Made by a program: the position numbers and the translations under genes
Origin: Octopus bimaculoides
Lineage: Eukaryota
NCBI RefSeq assembly: GCF_001194135.2
Contig: NC_068983.1
Location: 34,306,160-34,345,568 of the forward strand
Direction: 5' to 3'
Length of the DNA: 39,409 bases
Part shown: in pieces, positions 24,640-35,384 of the stretch
Layout of the letters: every line of letters begins with the position of its first letter
Numbering within the stretch: position 1 is the stretch's first letter
The notes under the pieces: generated by a model
Told to the model about the DNA's origin: nothing
What the model saw: the letters and a program-made list of their open reading frames with translations, nothing else
Databases searched by the model: none

Positions 24640-25815
24640 AGAAAATTAGATGTGAAACCAGTTCCAAAATGGTTATAATACTGAATTTGTTCCTTAAATC
24701 CTGAATTATATCAGGCTGAAATATAGAAATCCGCGTTATTATTGAAAACGTTAGCAGTGATGGATGTTTTAGAGATTAACAAAATGTTTTGTTATATTAG
24801 TAGGGTGATTGCTGAAACTACTGATGTATTTTAGGTTGGTTAAAAGCTTATGGTATGGGAAATATAAGGTTGTATTTAAGTTGAGTGTACGGTCAAAGAA
24901 ATTAACCTTTTTTCAATCAACTTTTGTAGTTTTTATTAGAAATATTTTGCAGGTAAAGGAAGCGTTCACCTCGATATAAACCACCAAGGACATATGGGAA
25001 ATGGTCAGCCATTTTTAATAGAATATAAATACCGACCAAATCAGCTATTTGATCTGTGTCAGTAGACCCTGTAGGTATATCAAAGCAGTCAGGACTATCT
25101 TTACGAACACAAAGTTTGTTATCAAATTTAATAATAGATTTTCTAGCTGTTAAAACAACATCAATTTCATCCCAGGGGAGGCCAGCTTTATTATGCGCGA
25201 GCTACAGGGCTTTATTAAGGATGATGGGGTTGACAGGGGAAAGATAACTACAGATATCGAACTGGATAAATTTAGTGTTTAGTTTATTACCGATAGAGTT
25301 GAACTCTTCCAAAACTGGGAACAAGATAAACCATATGTTAAGTTTAATTTTTTTTTTCTTTAACTACGGAATGTACTTATGAAAAATATTTTTGCTAAGT
25401 ATACCGATATCAGAGGGGCAGATAAGACTGAGAATTGGGTAATTGAAGAAGTTAGGATTGGGGTCCTTTAAGACAAAACGGGCTTGCTATGTGCTTAAAG
25501 ACTCAGGCTTCATTTGTAAGTTATATTTTTCCATAGTTTTTTTAGCTTCAAGTTTAGCCTTTCTGATGGCATTTTATTACTGTTTTTTTGTATTTTCTTC
25601 ATGAGTAGTTTTAGGTAAAGATCCACCTTTAAATGATACAGATTACCAGGTTTATCCGATTGAACAAGTAGGCCTCCCACGCTGTTCATTTCCTTGGTAA
25701 TATTATATAAATATCTTAGATGTTTATTTCTTAAGGGTGAACGATGGAATTTAACATTCTTAACCAGATGCAGTTTTAAAGTTACAAGCGATCCTTATAC
25801 AACTTTGCTTTCCAT
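24640..25815 (-). mobile_element. Penelope-like element reverse transcriptase, degenerate
   Basis: QSDKPGNLY (ADKT.N.Y), FVLKDPNPNFFNYPILSLICP..SDIGILSK, KFIQFDICSY (~25250-25275), FDIPTGSTDTDQIADLVGIYIL (FDVTMGSYDGAE..ELVG.Y.L), GGLYRGE (GLYRDD, ~24965-24985). Confidence 0.9.
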
Positions 25816-26000
25816 AGATGTATATGCGTGTGTGTATGTGTGTGTGCATGCATATATATGTAAGTATATGTGTATATATGTACAAGTGTGCACGTGTATA
25901 TATATATATATATATATATACATGAATGTGTATGTGTGTATATAAATNNNNNNNNNNNNNNNNNNNNNNNNNNNNNNNNNNNNNNNNNNNNNNNNNNNNN

Positions 26001-26079
<79 letters not shown>

Positions 26080-26648
26080 TATATATTTACATATATATGT
26101 ATGTATATATATATATGTATATATGTATATGTATATATATGCATGTATATACATTTATATATGTATGTATATATATATATGTGTGTGTGTATATAAATAT
26201 ATACGTACATATAAATAAATATATAAATATATATACATATATATGTGTATATATATGTGTATATATATAGTGAGAATGATAGGGAGAGAGAGATACAGAG
26301 AGACAGGGGGAGGGATATTGAAAGGGACAGTTGTAAGAGAACTTGTGAAACATACCGGTAGAGGAAGACGTATTGGTTTAGAAAATTGATAAAAATTAGG
26401 CCGTTATTTCCCAAATTATTCTTAAGTAGAGCATTACTGACATCTCTTTCTAATTGTCATATGTGTAGAACCCGCAGATAATAAATATGGATATCGGAAG
26501 TTACTCAAGCCAGTAGGTGTAGTGCCTGTGTAATAGCTGCATAATGATAGCAATGTTAATAGATCTTTGAAGCTGACCCATATTTAAATATTGTAAACGA
26601 TCATTTCCATACACTTATAAAAAAGTTCAGACACATACGCACATACAC

Positions 26649-26736
<88 letters not shown>

Positions 26737-27526
26737 GCAAGCGTGCAGAGCCTTCAATGCATTTGCAGAATGACATATGTAGATATGTATTTGTCTGCCT
26801 GTGAGTAGTCGTTGAACTATCCAGTATCACTTTGCCATCTCCTAGCTATGTATGCACTTGTGTGTTTGGGTGGCCTTGTCCATGAATGTGATTGTGATGG
26901 ATGTCTATATACAAAAATTATATGTGTATGTGTATGTGTGACATATACATATATAGATACATACACACACACGGACATGTATATGCAAACATTTGTATAA
27001 TTATGCATGTATATATTATACATATACATACGCAAAATATATATATGTACGCGTGTATGTGTGACGTTGTGTGTGTCTGCGTGTGTGCGGGCACGTTTAT
27101 GTGTGTGTGCGCGTGTGTGTGTGCGGCTGTGTGTGTACGCATTTGTATTTAATTCGTGCAAAGGAGCGAAAAACAGTCAATAGATTCAGAGACACTTCAT
27201 TTTTTATTCTTCTAAGTGAGTTCTAAGAAATAATCGCATAATTACAAATGTGTAGAGAATGCATTATATAAACGACTACATAACAGGAATTATGTATGAT
27301 GGATATGTATATACACACACACACTCACACACACACACATACACACATACACACTCTCACACATGCACACGCATATAAAAAACTGCAAAGTACGAACACA
27401 GAAAAAAATCAATTTATTTATATAATAGTCAATTTAATGTCACCTACGCACGTTTCAATTTCTCACCAGTGTACATTTGGATGAATTTCATCCCCGTTGC
27501 AAGAGCAATCTATTCCCATTCGAAAG

Positions 27527-27561
<35 letters not shown>

Positions 27562-27599
27562 AACGTGAGCATTCAATACATACAATATACGAACTCTAC

Positions 27600-28027
27600 C
27601 TATAGAAGAAACATGGCTCATTAATGAACTTCCTCAGCATACAAACATATGAGTATGGCATATACCCAGAATATAATACAATAATGTACTAATGTGCAAA
27701 CAAATTCACAGTTTTACAGGTTTGTTTTCCCAAAGGTCAAACCCAAATGACATAATCACTCGAAAGATGTCATCCAAGACCCTTGATCTATTGCTTTCTT
27801 CACGAGAACTTTTGTGAACTGCCTAGGCATTTCAAGAGATGTTTTGTGTTTCCATCCAAAGTGGAGACGAACACCATTCTTCCATGTGATCAGTTTCAAA
27901 AATTGTAAAGGTATTAAGAAATTTTTCTTCACTTGTAACCAATGATAGTCTTAATACACAAATGAAGATATTTTATACAATAATGCGATGTTGAGAACTC
28001 ATTCTCGTTGTTGATCATTTACGTATG
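27600..28027 (-). pseudogene. Possible GPCR TM5-TM7 relic directly beside the mariner
   Basis: YHWLQVKKNFLIPLQFLKLI (Y.W, then P 10 residues after W), RQFTKVLV...SWM, then after a frameshift FRVIM...ISTLLYYI. Confidence 0.3.
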
Positions 28028-28029
28028 TA

Positions 28030-29050
28030 TTGGGTTATCCCATAAATAATGCGGTTTCCCTATACTTCTTTTTTATTTCAAAATTATGATAAACAAAGTT
28101 CTTTTTTTAATCTAAAAATACTCTGCTTCGTTTTTTTCAATACTCTTCCATCTATCTGGTTAACTTGTATGGCCCCTCTTCCAAAATTCACTTATCAGTG
28201 ACGAAAAACAATCTTCCAGTACTGTTCTGACCCCGTCTTCAGAATTCATATTTTTTCCGTCCAAATGATTTTGGAGACTGCGTAATAAAAGATAATCAGA
28301 TGGGGCAATGTCAGGCGAATATGGTGGGTGGGGCATTGTTTCTCATTCAAACTGCTCCAGCCTTTGAAATGTCATCCTCGCTGTATGAGGCTGAGCATTA
28401 TCCTGATGCAAGAAAACCTTTTGTCTTGAAATAAAAGATGGTAGTTGTTCCTCTAGCGCTGACTTAAGACGCTCAAGCTGCTTGCGGTAAATCTCCTTCG
28501 TTATCGTACCAAACAGGTAACGACACCTTACTAGGGTGAAGACGTTCTTTAACCTGGTGTGCCGGTGTTTCTCCTTTCCCTACCTAATGTCTTTGGCGCT
28601 TGGCATTTTTAAAGAGAACTCGTTTCTCGTCTCCAGTCATTATTAGGTCCCAAAAATATTCGTTCGTGAGACGTGACAGCAAAGAAGAGGACACATACAC
28701 TCTCTGCACACGATTACACTCGGAAAGATTGTGAGCAACCCATTGACCCGATTTGCAGACTTTTCTGATGGCACGCAGTTGTCGATGAATGTTGAATGTC
28801 CAAATTCATGCTTCTCCTCAAAAGTTACAATCAGATTTCGTTCCACCAGGGTTTGTAGGACGTCCTCACCAAGCTTTACAGATGTTCCAGGACGAGGCTC
28901 GTCTTCTAGGCTGTAACTTCCGGCTCGGAATTTCTGGAACCACCGTTGACACTGGCTTACGCTTATTATCCGATCTCCATATACTGCATTAATATTCCTC
29001 GCAATTTCCGTTGCGTTGTTGCCCTTATTGAACTCATGAAGCAAAATATA
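28030..29050 (-). mobile_element. Mariner (DD34D) transposon, 5'-truncated and internally deleted
   Basis: HEFNKGNNATEIARNINAVYG...QRWFQKFRAG.SLEDEPRPG, WVAHNL, TGDEK, HQDNAQPH, HPPYSPDIAPSDY. One TIR ttgggttatcccataaataatgcgg at 28030 preceded by TA; the other end is not found. Confidence 0.92.
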
Positions 29051-29520
29051 GCTTTACAAATTATATCATGTATACAGTTTATGTATATATTTATAAATAA
29101 TATCGTGTTTATACTTTGAGAAAACCGTAGCAGGTACAGAAAACAAAAAGTAAAGAGTTTTCGGTCAGAAACAATCACAATTCATTGTCATCGAAGTTTA
29201 CACACTTTTTCTCATATCGAAGTTACGAAGAAAATACATATCAGTGTTCGTGCGTGTGTGTGTGTCTTTGTGTGTGCCTCTGTGTGTGTGAGCGCACGCA
29301 CGTGCATGCAGGAAAATCACATTTTTCGCTCAGCATTTAAAATTTAGTTACTCTAAAAGACATTATTGCCTCCGCTTTATTGAAGGCGGCCGTATTGTTT
29401 TCAGTCGTGTTTGTTTTATTCTCCGTAGAAAGATATCTCAAGAATCGCCGGAATGATTCGGATAAAACTTTCTGAGATGCTTGGGCTCGTGACTAGAACG
29501 AACTAATTAGAGTTTGGGAT

Positions 29521-31459
29521 ATATATTTTTTTTATTACCCATGTGGGCCAACATAGAGGGGATAACACAACATGATCGGGGTCACATACAAACGGATGAT
29601 ATAATAAAATTTTGCGTGTATAATGAAATCGAATGAATTACAACACTGTAAATTACAAACAATAAATTACAAGATGAGGTGTTCAAAACAGGTATGCTCC
29701 GACCCCACACGCCCTGTCTTTAACACCGACTTACTGTTAGTCTCACAAGCAGGCTCCCGCAGGGCCTTTCACTCCCAACGTGCGTGCTACAGGCGTCCAT
29801 CGTATTTGTCACGATACCTTTCATTCTGAACTTCCATATCACCTCTCTCACAATTGCTGCTACGAGGAAACAAGTCTCACCTTCTTCCGCCAGGAAATCC
29901 GGCGGGTTAATTGTTACAATTGACTCAGCCGATAGCTGTACTCTTCTCCCATCTGACAACAGATGTCCCGCATAAACCCACACTTCTGAAATACCCGGAC
30001 ACTGAATAATAGCGTGCAAGACGGTTTCCAAGCCCTGCTCGCATCTTGGACAGGCCGTCGGCCCAGGGTGGCTGTGTGTCATGGGTTTTAGAGAGCGCCT
30101 CTTGCCATTCCGTATACCAGGTACCCAACCTCGATCTTCGGCGAAACCAGTCTTCTCTACCATCAACACTAGTAAAGCTGGGGAACATCCGTCTAGCAAG
30201 CGGAGACCACACCCGTTCACCATCCAGGTAGAGCCAGAGATGCCACAACATCAGCGCATGCTTGCGCATCAACAGCCAAGGCATCCTTAACCCACCCTTT
30301 AACGGCTTTTGACAGCAGATAGAACGCCTTACAAGTGGAGCGGAGTTCTTTCACAAAAAGCGAAAGATCTGCCTCTCCAACTTATTTAACCACGAATCTG
30401 GACAAGGCACGACGGAAGTGTGGTAAACGATGACCGATGTGATAAACACATTGGCCACTTTCGCCCTCCCTTTCAGGGATAGCCACCGCCAAGACTAGGT
30501 CCTGACTATGCGGGTCACCTTGTTCTAAACCACAAACCAGTTCTTTTCTATCTGGAGATCTGGGCCAATCAAGATTCCAACCAACTTAATCGGGCCCTCT
30601 ATCCAGCGTCCTACGACGTTATTCGAAGGCACCGACTTACCCCTCCCAGTGCCGAGTTGCAAGCCGACCGACTTTTCCCGGTTAATTTGTGCTCCTGCCA
30701 CCGCCTCGTAAAACTTAATAGTTTCATCTACTAGCTGTAGGTGTTCCATCTTGGTCACAATGATAGAGATGTTGTCCGCTGCGTTTTCTGACTTGCAGTC
30801 TTACTTCGATGGTTGCATATCGCCTACCTCTGTTTACATATTTCACCAGGTGCCATATAAGCTTTAGACACTTCTCGATTTCACTCTCCACAACGTAGTC
30901 TATCTTCTTTTCTTTCACCTTGTATGTCTTATAAATGAGAGTCTTCTTCTCTACATCTTGTTGAATATCTTTTGGAGGTGCTAATTTAACTTCATTCCCC
31001 TCCTTCGTTAATAATTCCTTGTGTTTTTCTAAGTCGTTCAGGTCAAGCTTTTTAACTTTTGTGCCTGCCGCAGCAGCAAAATCCAATTTTCTCGATTTTT
31101 TCCTCATTTTTTTCTACTATTTTTTCTTTTGTACACGAATTTGCAACCGCAATATTTTTTTTTTATGTCAATGTTCTAGGTGGTGTATTTTCCTTTTACT
31201 CAGTTTCTTCTTCTATTAATGTTTTTTCCACAATCTTTTCTAATTCATCTTCACTCAATACCTTTTCCATATTTAGTTCATAATGCAAGCTTCCCCACAC
31301 GGGGGCAAAACACAAAACAAAAGTTTTCAAAAATAATCTAACAATGGCAAGTAACTAAATCGTTTCAACAAATAACACTATCAAAAGTTCAAACAATAAA
31401 ACGCCCACCTCCTCGTAAACAGCAAAACAATTCAACAATAAATTCAAGACACAACTCGC
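29521..31459 (-). mobile_element. Tx1/L1-clade LINE, internally deleted, with ~23-bp TSD
   Basis: 5' UTR; ORF1 start (LDFAAAAGTKVKK...); junction ~30781 to post-catalytic ORF2 (ADNISIIV...YEAVAGAQINREKS...LSLKGRAKVAN...KGGLRMP...CPRCEQGLETVLHAIIQCP); tail gggtaataaaaaaaa. TSD 29498-29520 / 31460-31482 with 2 mismatches. Confidence 0.9.
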
Positions 31460-31645
31460 ACGAACTGATTAGATTTTGGGATCAATCCGGTACCGAACAA
31501 GGATTCTGGGTTTTTTTTCACTTAATTTTTGAGAGCAGTTAGCTTCATTTTTAGTATTCTCGTTTGTGAGAGCAGTAGAGTCTTTTTCAGATATTCTCAT
31601 TTTAAAAATAATCGCTGGCTAATCGTTGAGAGGACGTTGGTGTTG

Positions 31646-32170
31646 TAGACTAACAACTTGTTTGTTTGAAGTCTGAGTTTCGTCATTCTTGACCATGGTT
31701 TTGGATTATTGTTGCATGTTGAAGGCTTTCTTTTCGAGACTGTCCGTTGTGGAAATTGTTATGTGTCATTGTTAAGGATAACTGTTGATCGACTCGCGCG
31801 TGGGTGGGTGTTTTTTTTATGTTTCTCCCCATTGTGGGGCTGAAAAGTACGTTTTTCATTCTGGAGAGCTAGGCAAAAGCCACTACAGGAGGAGTAGCTC
31901 GCTGTTGGACCTGTAACAGATAAAAGCGAACATAGAGGAGATACTAAGAATTGAATTGTATATCGGAAAGAGGGAGACACAGTGGAGCTGGTCGAAGAGA
32001 CGGTCGAGGGTAAGAGTGATAGGACGGTGGTGTACCGCACGCAAACGGTCGTCACCAATAAAATCGAAATCCTATCGGAAGATAGGATTTTTATTTCCGC
32101 GATTATGTGTCCTGTACTGTTTTATATATCCAATCTCTATTTTTAGCCCCTTGTAGGTAATAAAAAAATT
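31646..32170 (+). mobile_element. ~525-bp Tx1-derived mini element with TSD
   Basis: Flanked by gacgttggtgttg (31633-31645) and gacgttagtgttg (32174-32186). Encodes KEGDTVELVEETVEGKSDRTVVYRTQTVVTNKIE, similar to ORF1 KEGNEVKL...KKTLIYKTYKVKEKKID of the neighbour. Ends ggtaataaaaaaa. Confidence 0.7.
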
Positions 32171-33012
32171 GACGACGTTAGTGTTGCCTTGGCGGAGGTT
32201 TGCACTCTCTGAGTGCTCTTGTTAGATACTGGTTTTACTATTTAAGAGCGGCAATCATTGCAATGTAATTGTGTAATATCTGGTTAATACAATTTATGCA
32301 CTGTAGCTATCAACCGGAATTAGTCTCTCTAAAAGCACACTACATAACCAAGCTAAGAATTTTATGAATATTAACAAACTCATTGCCAGTTCTCTTTCTC
32401 TCCATATTGCACTTCAGTTGACGTTGGTGGAATATCACAAATATAAGACTAAATTATTTTGTAGCTACTTGTCTGGGTATATTCTATATACCCATGAAAA
32501 TAAACAGTAAAAATATAGTAGTCGGCGAAGACGTGGCATGAAACCAGGGCGTAAATATAGATAACGCGTAACTGCAATGTATTTTGTTAGTCTCACGGCA
32601 ATATATATACAAATCTTGGACGAATTACAGACATATATTCATACAATATTTATGCCATCAAAAATAACATGATCAGAAAAAGCAAAACGCGACAAGTAAT
32701 TGAAGACAAAAATGATAGATTGGCAGACATAGATGTTTTACATTATTTATTGCGATATATTGTCATTTTGTGATAAAACTCCGTAGGGATCGAATTTTCT
32801 TTAGAATAAATTGGAAGTACATCTTAGTGCGGTATACACACTGCTCACCAAATTGTGGCTCAATCCCAATGAGGAATATTAGTTTAAACTGTAATATGGT
32901 ATTTACTATATCTGTCAGTTTTACGTAAACAAACTCTTACTCGAACACTATTTCACGTAGATTTATCTATCTTTGTAATCATCAATCTCACTCTCCTCAC
33001 TCCTCTATCTAT

Positions 33013-33059
<47 letters not shown>

Positions 33060-33206
33060 CCTCTATATTTGTAGCTACCTACCTATTTACCTACCGACCT
33101 ACCTACTTACCAAACTACCTAACTACCTACTTAGCAAACTATTTACCTACCTAAATATGAATCAATCTGCACTCTTTATTTATATAGATTCTATTGGTGG
33201 GAAATC

Positions 33207-33253
33207 AGATATTATGTTTCGACCTGATTTGGTCTCGTCAGGTACAAATATCT
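33207..33253 (-). ncRNA. Hammerhead core with perfect stem II; stems I and III degenerate
   Basis: Minus strand: agatatttgtac-CTGACGA-GACC-aaatca-GGTC-GAAAC-ata-atatct. Confidence 0.5.
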
Positions 33254-33375
33254 CAATCATTCAGATTTGAGCCGGTATATCAAGTTGCGATACAGAAATC
33301 AGTGACAAAAATATGTACTCATTTTTACCTTGCCAGTGTACTATTGGGTATATTTGAAAATATATGTCTTGCTTT

Positions 33376-33423
<48 letters not shown>

Positions 33424-33744
33424 GTGTGTGTGTGTGTGCCATCTTTTATAATATATCAACTATAAATCTACTCATGATATATTTTAAAGATCTTGATGGC
33501 ATATAGTATTTTATGACATATTTCTTAATAATATATTTCAGAATTATACCAAACTTTTACAAGAAGAGGAGTTATTATAACGTGGAAGACCCACCAGGCC
33601 AAACATCGAAAATTTTAACATCGATCCTGTTAACTATGAAATATGTAGCCCATGAACAAAATTTTGAGTATTCTTGGAGTAATATTAATTTTTTTTTTTT
33701 TTTTTTTTGTATATAACTTGACATAAATCTATGTATATTCAGAT

Positions 33745-33770
33745 AAATAGATAGATAGATAGATAGATAT

Positions 33771-33850
<80 letters not shown>

Positions 33851-33898
33851 GTACATGCATACATATATGCATACATTCATTCATACATACATACATAA

Positions 33899-33931
<33 letters not shown>

Positions 33932-33960
33932 CATACGTACATACATATATACATACATAG
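33745..33960. repeat. (GATA)n followed by (CATA)n microsatellites
   Basis: Direct reading; further TATC/CTAC tracts at ~33005-33150. Confidence 0.95.
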
Positions 33961-34172
33961 ATGTAGCTAAATAATTTTATAAGCATAAGGTAGATTGCTA
34001 CTTCCAGTTTCACAAGCTTTCAGCCTTATTCAAAGAGCTAATAAGAGCAAGTCATTGCAGCGGGAAAATTCCTTATTGGTAATATGCACATATATATACA
34101 CACTCACGCTCACAAATGCACTCATATGCACTAATACACTTGCACCCCACCCCACATTATTAATACATATAA

Positions 34173-34380
34173 GATGACGAGATTGCAGATTTGTTAGGGA
34201 GACGAACAAAATGCTTAGCGGCATTTCGTCCCTCTTCACGTTCTCAATTCAAATTCAACCGAGTTCCACTATGCCTTTCATCTCTTTTGGAGTCGACAAA
34301 TTAAGTACCAGTCAAGCACTAGAGTCGATGTAATCGGTTGGTCACCTCTCCAAAATTTCAGGCGTTGTACTTTGATTATT
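34173..34380 (+). mobile_element. SINE, near full length
   Basis: ...aaaatgcttagcggcatttcgtcc...gcctttcatc...gtcgacaaattaagtaccagtcaagcactagagtcgatgtaatcg...aaatttcagg. Confidence 0.88.
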
Positions 34381-34397
34381 ACTTATAAATATAAAAC

Positions 34398-34545
34398 TGT
34401 GAGCTGGCAGAACGATTAGCACGCTGGACAAAATGCTTAGCGTTATTTCTTCTGGTCTCATGTTCTGAGTCGAGGTAGATTTTGAATTTCATTCATCGGT
34501 GTCGTTGACATAAGTACCAGTTGAGCACTGGTGTCTGTGTAATTA
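34398..34545 (+). mobile_element. Second SINE copy in tandem
   Basis: gtgagctggcagaacgattagcacgctggacaaaatgcttagcg...taagtaccagttgagcactgg. Confidence 0.88.
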
Positions 34546-35204
34546 ATTATTTCCATCCCTTCAACCTTGATGTCTTGCTTATAGTAGCAATCATTGTGAA
34601 TGAAGGATATATGTAACCAGAAATATGATTCCTATCCAACAATAGTAATTCAACTATTGTAGAATGATGAGGAAAATGTAGAAAATATATCAAGTTTTTG
34701 GCTAATGTATATTTCAGTTTCAGGTCGTTGAGTACATTAGACATTAGTGGAGTAGTTATAATAATGATGGTGGGTGTGGCGTAGGAAGCATCTTCTTTAA
34801 CTGAAAGGTTGATGGTTGTAAGAGTCTGTGTGTGTCATAGGGATGTCAGTGGCTTCCTACAAATGAACTTTGATAAGACAGAAATTATGAAAAAAAATCA
34901 CAGAATTACGCGGATAGAATGAGACATATAGGTACACATGCACAAGCACATACACTCACACACGCGCGCGCACACACACACACACAAGCACACACGCAGA
35001 AGCATACATGCACATTCTTACACACACATACATATACATGTTTGCAGTCTTCACCATAATGATATTCCAACAAAAGTGTGTATTTGCGCGCGCGCGTGTG
35101 TCTCAGATTCAAGATGTGTCCAAGTCTTTCTTTGTCTTGTTAGGATTTTATTATGATCGTCGTGAAATCTATACAACGGTTTTACCATTGTGAAAACTAG
35201 ATTT

Positions 35205-35252
35205 TCTACACCTGAAGAAATACAATATTAGACTGAAATCCGCCTGTGTAGA
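35205..35252 (+). ncRNA. Degenerate type I hammerhead motif
   Basis: tctacac-CTGAAGA-aatacaatattagact-GAAA-tccgcct-gtgtaga: 7-bp stem I and core intact; stem II and cleavage triplet decayed. Confidence 0.45.
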
Positions 35253-35344
35253 TTGCCTAAAGCTCGAGTTGAGCGGTGCATTGGAAACACCTCATCGTTC
35301 TGCCATCCAAGGACCTATTATCTGTATATAAAGTCTGTCATACC

Positions 35345-35384
35345 GGCCATGACGAAGGGAAATAGCCCTGAAACTCGAGTCGCC
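35345..35384 (+). ncRNA. Minimal type I hammerhead motif with a 1-nt core insertion
   Basis: ggc-C(a)TGACGA-AGGG-aaatag-CCCT-GAAAC-tcga-GTC-gcc; stem III is the perfect palindrome ACTCGAGT. Confidence 0.6.

Larger units (their letters stand above)
29363..32223 (+). mobile_element. Helentron-associated non-autonomous element (HINE/DINE-1-like, ~360 bp) split by two LINE insertions
   Basis: 5' ttattgcctccgc...ggcgg hairpin, 3' ccttggcggagg subTIR plus gcactc-tct-gagtgc hairpin then tcttgtt. Host pieces are 29363-29520, 31483-31645 and 32187-32223. Confidence 0.7.
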
